Positions 59,317 through 64,000 of a DNA stretch of 64,000 nt are shown piece by piece. Under the pieces are notes generated by a model that saw only the letters and a list, made by a program, of their open reading frames with translations, made no database searches and had not been told where the DNA came from. Source of the DNA: Promethearchaeia archaeon (GTDB lineage Archaea > Asgardarchaeota > Lokiarchaeia > Sigyniarchaeales > SOKP01); contig JAHQWJ010000062.1 in NCBI GenBank assembly GCA_029856125.1, forward strand, positions 1-64,000. The letters are read 5' to 3'. Every line of letters starts with the position of its first letter. The stretch's first letter is position 1. The translations under genes were made by a program, and so were the position numbers.

Positions 59317-60205
59317 CTAACGGCACCTTTATAGTTCCAATTATCTTTTTCCTTAATCTTCGAATATAATTATCACTAATACTTTTAGAAAGACGAATAA
59401 AACTTGTATGGGAATTTGCTTTGCGAATTCTAATTATTGATTTTGGTTGAACATCTTTCAAAGTTTTTTGACCATCAATAATAATCTTAGCGCTTAATCT
59501 TGGTCTTAAAAGTTGGATTTCAACTTCGCTTTCTATTGGTAATACAATTGGCTTCAAACCTGATCGAGCAAAACTGTTTAACGGTGTAATTTGCATTATA
59601 TCCATCGTCGATTTTACAATCGCACCACCTGCGCTAAGGTTATATGCTGTAGAACCAACAGAAGTAGATACAATAATTCCATCTAAATAACTACGATTGA
59701 GATAACAACCGTTTATTTTTATCGATGCCAAAAGAACTTTTGAACTCTTTGATGAGATGATTAAAATTTCGTTTAGAGCGTTGCTCAATCGAATTTCTTC
59801 AGAATCCTTTAGTATAAAAGCAGTTAATTTTGAGCATTTTTCAATTAAATAATCACCTTTTAAAACACGGTTTATATCGTTAAAAACATTCCTTTCATTT
59901 GTTTCATCTAGGAATCCTAGAGATCCAATATTAACGCCTAGTAGGGGGGGGGCGTTCCGCGGTGGCAAACCACCTGCTACTCTTAATATGGTTCCATCTC
60001 CCCCTACAGAGATTAAAAATTTTGTGTTATCTTTCGTCATTTCCTTTAAATCTTTTCCACTATGTGGAAAGATTTTTGGTGCGATTCTAGTCTCCATTTG
60101 AACGATTTCGCCCTTTTTTACTAAATATTCGAAGATCTTTTTTGTTAAGCTAATCGCTCTCTCTGAGTCCATTCTACAAGCTAAAGAAATTGGTTTTTTT
60201 TCCAT
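59279..60205 (-). CDS. nadK: NAD(+) kinase
   Basis: GGDGTIL, GVNIGSLGFL, LNE and DG.IVST..GSTAYNLSAGG. Confidence 0.94.
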   Translation of the reverse strand: MEKKPISLACRMDSERAISLTKKIFEYLVKKGEIVQMETRIAPKIFPHSGKDLKEMTKDNTKFLISVGGDGTILRVAGGLPPRNAPPLLGVNIGSLGFLDETNERNVFNDINRVLKGDYLIEKCSKLTAFILKDSEEIRLSNALNEILIISSKSSKVLLASIKINGCYLNRSYLDGIIVSTSVGSTAYNLSAGGAIVKSTMDIMQITPLNSFARSGLKPIVLPIESEVEIQLLRPRLSAKIIIDGQKTLKDVQPKSIIRIRKANSHTSFIRLSKSISDNYIRRLRKKIIGTIKVPLDDSPEEEINSSF

Positions 60206-60290
60206 ATCACTCAGATTTTTTAGTAGATTTTCTTTTTAATACAAAAAATTAATATTAAAATATATTAAATGAAAAAAAGCTTTATGAATT

Positions 60291-60719
60291 CTAATTTATT
60301 ATAATTCTAGTAACTAAGGTTTTACCCGCTAACTTCCAATACTCTAACTGTGCTAATGACATCTTTCCGGGATCCTGTTGCAATTCTTTTAACTTTTTCT
60401 TTAATTCTTCCTCTACAGGCCAATTTACATCCATAGATTCATAGCTTTCAAGATCCATTATATTAATTGAGGTATCTTCAATAAAACTAATCTGAGCAGT
60501 GCCTTTGATTATCTCGGGAATGTCGCACATATGACCAGAGGGTATCGTGAGAGATCTCTTATTATTATCGAATACTCCGACGCATACAACACGAACTTTT
60601 GCATGTCCGTGTTTTCCTGACTTACTCCTTTCAGTTGCTTTAATTTGGCAGGGTTCATCATCAACCATGATGTATTGTCCAGTTTTTAACTTTTGAATTT
60701 CTGTTCTACGAATTGACAT
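60291..60719 (-). CDS. eif5a: Translation factor aIF5A
   Basis: Hypusination motif SKSGKHGHAK and MDLESYE; start ATG 60719. Confidence 0.95.
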   Translation of the reverse strand: MSIRRTEIQKLKTGQYIMVDDEPCQIKATERSKSGKHGHAKVRVVCVGVFDNNKRSLTIPSGHMCDIPEIIKGTAQISFIEDTSINIMDLESYESMDVNWPVEEELKKKLKELQQDPGKMSLAQLEYWKLAGKTLVTRIIIN

Positions 60720-60944
60720 TTTAAACTCATTTATTTTCATACTTTATTTTATATAATATTATCTAACTTTCACAGAAAAAAAAATTTCGCTTTTTATGAG
60801 AATTTTCAAAAATATATTCTATTTCTTATAGATTTTCTTAGAATATTACCTTTTCTTAGTTACTGCAATGGATTTTTAAAGCATTAAAAATATTAGTTTT
60901 TATTTATTTTAATTACTAAAACATAAAGCAATTTCATTTATACT

Positions 60945-62321
60945 ATGGTGTTTAATAAGTTAGGGAAAGATTTAGAATCGATAATGCGAAAATTACGAGG
61001 TTTGCCAAAAATCGATAAAGATGCGATTAACATGGTAATACAGTCGTTACAAAGAAGTCTTTTGGAATCAGATGTGAAAGTAGAATTAGTCTTCCAGATG
61101 ACTGAAAATATCAAAAAAGAAGCAATGAATACTGATTTAAAACGAGCGAGAAGGAAAGACTTCATAATTAAGCTCGTTCATGATGAGTTAGTGAAAACAA
61201 TCGGAGGGACATCTGCCCCTATAAGAATAAAACCTGGAAAAAGTAATGTTATTCTACTTGTTGGAATTCAAGGTTCAGGTAAAACTACTTCTATCGGTAA
61301 GTTAGCGCGATTTTATAAGAATAAGGGATACAAAGTAGCTGCAGTTACTACTGATACATGGCGTCCTGGGGCTTACGAACAATTAGTACAGTTAACAGAC
61401 CAAATTGGAGTTAAATGTTATGGTAATCCTAATGAAAAAAATGCTATCAAACTTGCAGTTAGAGAAACGAAAAAAGCAATAAATGACGAGCATGACATAA
61501 TAATTGTAGATACTGCTGGCCGACATAAAGAAGAAAAAGAATTAATGAGAGAGATGGAAAAAATCGAATCAAGTTTAAAACCTAACGAAGTTATCTTAGT
61601 AATAGATGGAACTTTAGGGCAACAAGCTTATTCACAAGCAGAAGAATTTGCGAAATCTACAAATATTGGGAGTATAATCGTTACCAAACTAGATGGGACA
61701 GCTAAAGGAGGTGGAGCACTTTCTGCTTGTGCTGCCACTAATCAATCCATAAGGTTCATTGGAGTAGGTGAAAAATTAGAAGATTTCGAAGAATTTAATC
61801 CAACAACTTTTGTAGGTTCTCTACTAGGCGTTCCAGATATAGAAGGTTTGGTCAAAAAGGTACAAGAAGCTGAAATCGATGCTGATCCTGATTTGGTTAA
61901 AAGAATGATGAAAGGAAAATTCACTCTCGACGATCTTTATTATCAATTGAAATCTATTAAAAAAGTTGGTAAAATGAAAAATATCTTAGCAATGATGGGA
62001 GGAGGTAATATTCCCGAGGCGTTAACTGATGATGCTGAAAAAAATTTAGAGAAGTGGGAAGTTGTTTTAAATTCTCTGACCCAAGCAGAAAAGGAAGATC
62101 CGAAAATTATTAAAAAAACACGAAAAAGAAGAATTGCTATTGGGAGTGGCACTGATTACACTACAATAAATAGAATGCTTGATCAATATAATCAAATGAA
62201 AAAATTCATGAAAAAAGCTCTTCAAATGCAGAAAAAAGGAAAAGGAATGCCTGGTATCCCGGGGATGGGAAAAGCAGGAGCCCAATTCATGAATAAGTTA
62301 GGAAAAGACAATAAATTCTAA
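60945..62321 (+). CDS. srp54: Signal recognition particle protein SRP54
   Basis: GIQGSGKTT, DTWRPGA, DTAGR, TKLDGTAKGGGA and Met-rich M domain with RRIA.GSG. Confidence 0.96.
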   Translation: MVFNKLGKDLESIMRKLRGLPKIDKDAINMVIQSLQRSLLESDVKVELVFQMTENIKKEAMNTDLKRARRKDFIIKLVHDELVKTIGGTSAPIRIKPGKSNVILLVGIQGSGKTTSIGKLARFYKNKGYKVAAVTTDTWRPGAYEQLVQLTDQIGVKCYGNPNEKNAIKLAVRETKKAINDEHDIIIVDTAGRHKEEKELMREMEKIESSLKPNEVILVIDGTLGQQAYSQAEEFAKSTNIGSIIVTKLDGTAKGGGALSACAATNQSIRFIGVGEKLEDFEEFNPTTFVGSLLGVPDIEGLVKKVQEAEIDADPDLVKRMMKGKFTLDDLYYQLKSIKKVGKMKNILAMMGGGNIPEALTDDAEKNLEKWEVVLNSLTQAEKEDPKIIKKTRKRRIAIGSGTDYTTINRMLDQYNQMKKFMKKALQMQKKGKGMPGIPGMGKAGAQFMNKLGKDNKF

Positions 62322-62336
62322 GTATAGTATTCAGAT

Positions 62337-62981
62337 TTGATAAATTTGGATTTCTTAATATTTGTGGAAAGCGTTTCTAAATATACTAAAGGCGATATTG
62401 ATGAAGGAAAAACTCCCTTCGATGTATATACGCTATGCGCTATTATAAGAGAATCTTTTTGTATCTCTTATACAATAAGAAAAGATAATAATTTTTACTT
62501 ATATAATGAAACAGATCACCTTTTTATAAAGATTGAAGGTAAGTCTGTGAGATATTTAGGTTCTGATGAGAGATCCCAAGCTTTACTTTTATTGAGAGCT
62601 TTTATGAAAATAGAAAACAATGAAAATTATAACGATAGAGAATGGATTAAGTCAACTCCAGGGATATTTGTTAAAAAGTTGCCTAGCTCAGAACTTATTT
62701 TGGAAAATATTAATGGTAACTTCAGTAATACTAGGATATTTATTACTGATATTTCAAAAGAAATTTTTAAACAAAATGTTAGGTATGGAAAGAACATTGA
62801 TGAAAATAGCTCATATTGCTATCTTTTTTCATTCTCTCAAGAATCAATCACTTTTCTTAAGTTTTTACAAAAAGTTAATGAAGAGTGTAGTTTAAAAAAT
62901 ATTGATCTTTCAAAAATAAGAGGAATTGAAAATAAAATCTTATATATAAACTTCTTATATGATCACAGAATTACAGAATAA
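62337..62981 (+). CDS. Divergent TrmY-like SPOUT methyltransferase homolog
   Basis: LC..I...F.IS..IR.D, RYL.SDERS and STPGIFV match the N-terminal part of TrmY; the C-terminal knot motif is not recognisable. Confidence 0.55.
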   Translation: MINLDFLIFVESVSKYTKGDIDEGKTPFDVYTLCAIIRESFCISYTIRKDNNFYLYNETDHLFIKIEGKSVRYLGSDERSQALLLLRAFMKIENNENYNDREWIKSTPGIFVKKLPSSELILENINGNFSNTRIFITDISKEIFKQNVRYGKNIDENSSYCYLFSFSQESITFLKFLQKVNEECSLKNIDLSKIRGIENKILYINFLYDHRITE

Positions 62982-62994
62982 CTGATAAGGAACG

Positions 62995-64000
62995 ATGATC
63001 TTAAAAAATGGGCTCATATATAGTGACGGTTTGCTTCGTAATGGCGCTATTTTAATTCTTGAGGGTGTAATTAGATCAGTTATATACGATATAACCGAGG
63101 AGTCTTTGCAATCAATAAGGAATGAAAACACAGACGGAATAGAAATTGATTGTGAGAAGAGAACGGTTATACCAGGGATAATTGATATTCATTCCCACTT
63201 AAGGGATATGGAACAGAGCGAAAAAGAAACATTTTTAACAGGAACTTTAGCAGCAGCGTTCTCTGGAATAACAACTGTTTTCACTATGCCTAATACAAAA
63301 CCCCCAGCTATAAGTGCAAACCAGGTTAAAAGATGGATGAAAAAAGCACGCAATAATATATATGTAGATGTAGGGTTTATAGCGGGGATTCCAAGGGATT
63401 TTGATTTCGAAGAAATAATTTCTATTATTGACTTAGGTGTTATAGGCTTTAAAATTTACCCCTTAAATTCTTTAAGCGGTATCGATTGGACAGAGCACTT
63501 AAATATTCAAAAACTTCTTAGTATATCCTCAAAATTCCACCTTCCAATTTTTATTCATCCCGATTGGCCTTTGAACGCCGAAGAAAGAGGAAATATATTT
63601 CAAAAAGATATAGAAGAAAAATTACCGCTTTTAAAACTGCATAATAAATTATACCCAACATACATGGAAGCTAAATATGTGAATTTTATTCTTGAAAACT
63701 ATTATAAAGTTGTTGTGGATTTAGATTTAATCCCTGAAGATTATCCTATTATCCATTTCTGTCATATTAGTTGCCAGGATAGCTACTCCTTGATTAAAAA
63801 AGCGTTACATACGAATAAATCCTTAAGAATTACATTTGAGATAACACCACACCATCTTTTATTAGCTAATTCTATTCAGATTGAAAATCCTAATTATGCT
63901 AAAGTCCTCCCACCTTTAAGAAACGAAAAGCACGCATCTTATCTATTTCAAGAGTTTAAACGAGGTAGTATAAAACTATTGGGCACGGATCATGCACCAC
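62995..64000 (+). CDS. pyrC: Dihydroorotase (amidohydrolase), 3'-partial
   Basis: Not in the ORF track. ATG 62995; PGIIDIHSHLRD, MPNTKPP, HFCHIS, EITPHHL, KVLPPLR and GTDHAP at the window edge. Confidence 0.88.
   Translation, partial: MILKNGLIYSDGLLRNGAILILEGVIRSVIYDITEESLQSIRNENTDGIEIDCEKRTVIPGIIDIHSHLRDMEQSEKETFLTGTLAAAFSGITTVFTMPNTKPPAISANQVKRWMKKARNNIYVDVGFIAGIPRDFDFEEIISIIDLGVIGFKIYPLNSLSGIDWTEHLNIQKLLSISSKFHLPIFIHPDWPLNAEERGNIFQKDIEEKLPLLKLHNKLYPTYMEAKYVNFILENYYKVVVDLDLIPEDYPIIHFCHISCQDSYSLIKKALHTNKSLRITFEITPHHLLLANSIQIENPNYAKVLPPLRNEKHASYLFQEFKRGSIKLLGTDHAP

Noticed and set aside
965-62895. Many 60-180 aa ORFs antisense or out of frame to larger genes (e.g. 2033-2293, 12843-13217, 24337-24639, 53668-54003, 55513-56049, 62620-62895)
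   Set aside because: Shadow ORFs fully overlapping well-supported genes, with no motifs.
1-64000. CRISPR arrays, rRNA genes, IS elements
   Set aside because: No regularly spaced repeats, long GC-rich structural RNA or transposase motifs seen by eye.

Overview
AT-rich chromosomal segment from an Asgard archaeon, most likely Lokiarchaeia/Promethearchaeota. The assignment is inferred from a eukaryote-like lokiactin, a profilin-like gene and a Rab-like GTPase alongside archaeal information genes. Core genes include rpo6, hef, tfb, the proteasome/exosome/prefoldin superoperon (psmA-SBDS-rrp4-rrp41-rrp42 // rpl37ae-pcc1-pfdB-DHH), ECF transporter, cgi121/THUMP/sua5, porCDAB, ZPR1, PPi-type pfk, herA-like ATPase, cdc48, fen1, nob1, NAD kinase, aIF5A, srp54 and a partial pyrC. 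Five tRNA genes were found by hand; four carry introns, including a tRNA-Val(CAC) split by three non-canonical introns. The best candidate for an undescribed system is a tandem pair of RHH-HisKA-receiver proteins with no ATPase domain, transcribed divergently from an alternative TFB, with an operator-like repeat array in the tfb promoter region. Other notable signals: conserved genes that must initiate at non-ATG/GTG/TTG codons; a rifampin-phosphotransferase-like enzyme plus partner inserted into the exosome superoperon; a cytochrome-b/HdrC fusion; an AbiEii-like nucleotidyltransferase; and a membrane protein next to a stand-alone HerA. No CRISPR array, rRNA, integrase or transposase was seen. 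All family assignments come from recognising motifs by eye, not from database searches.
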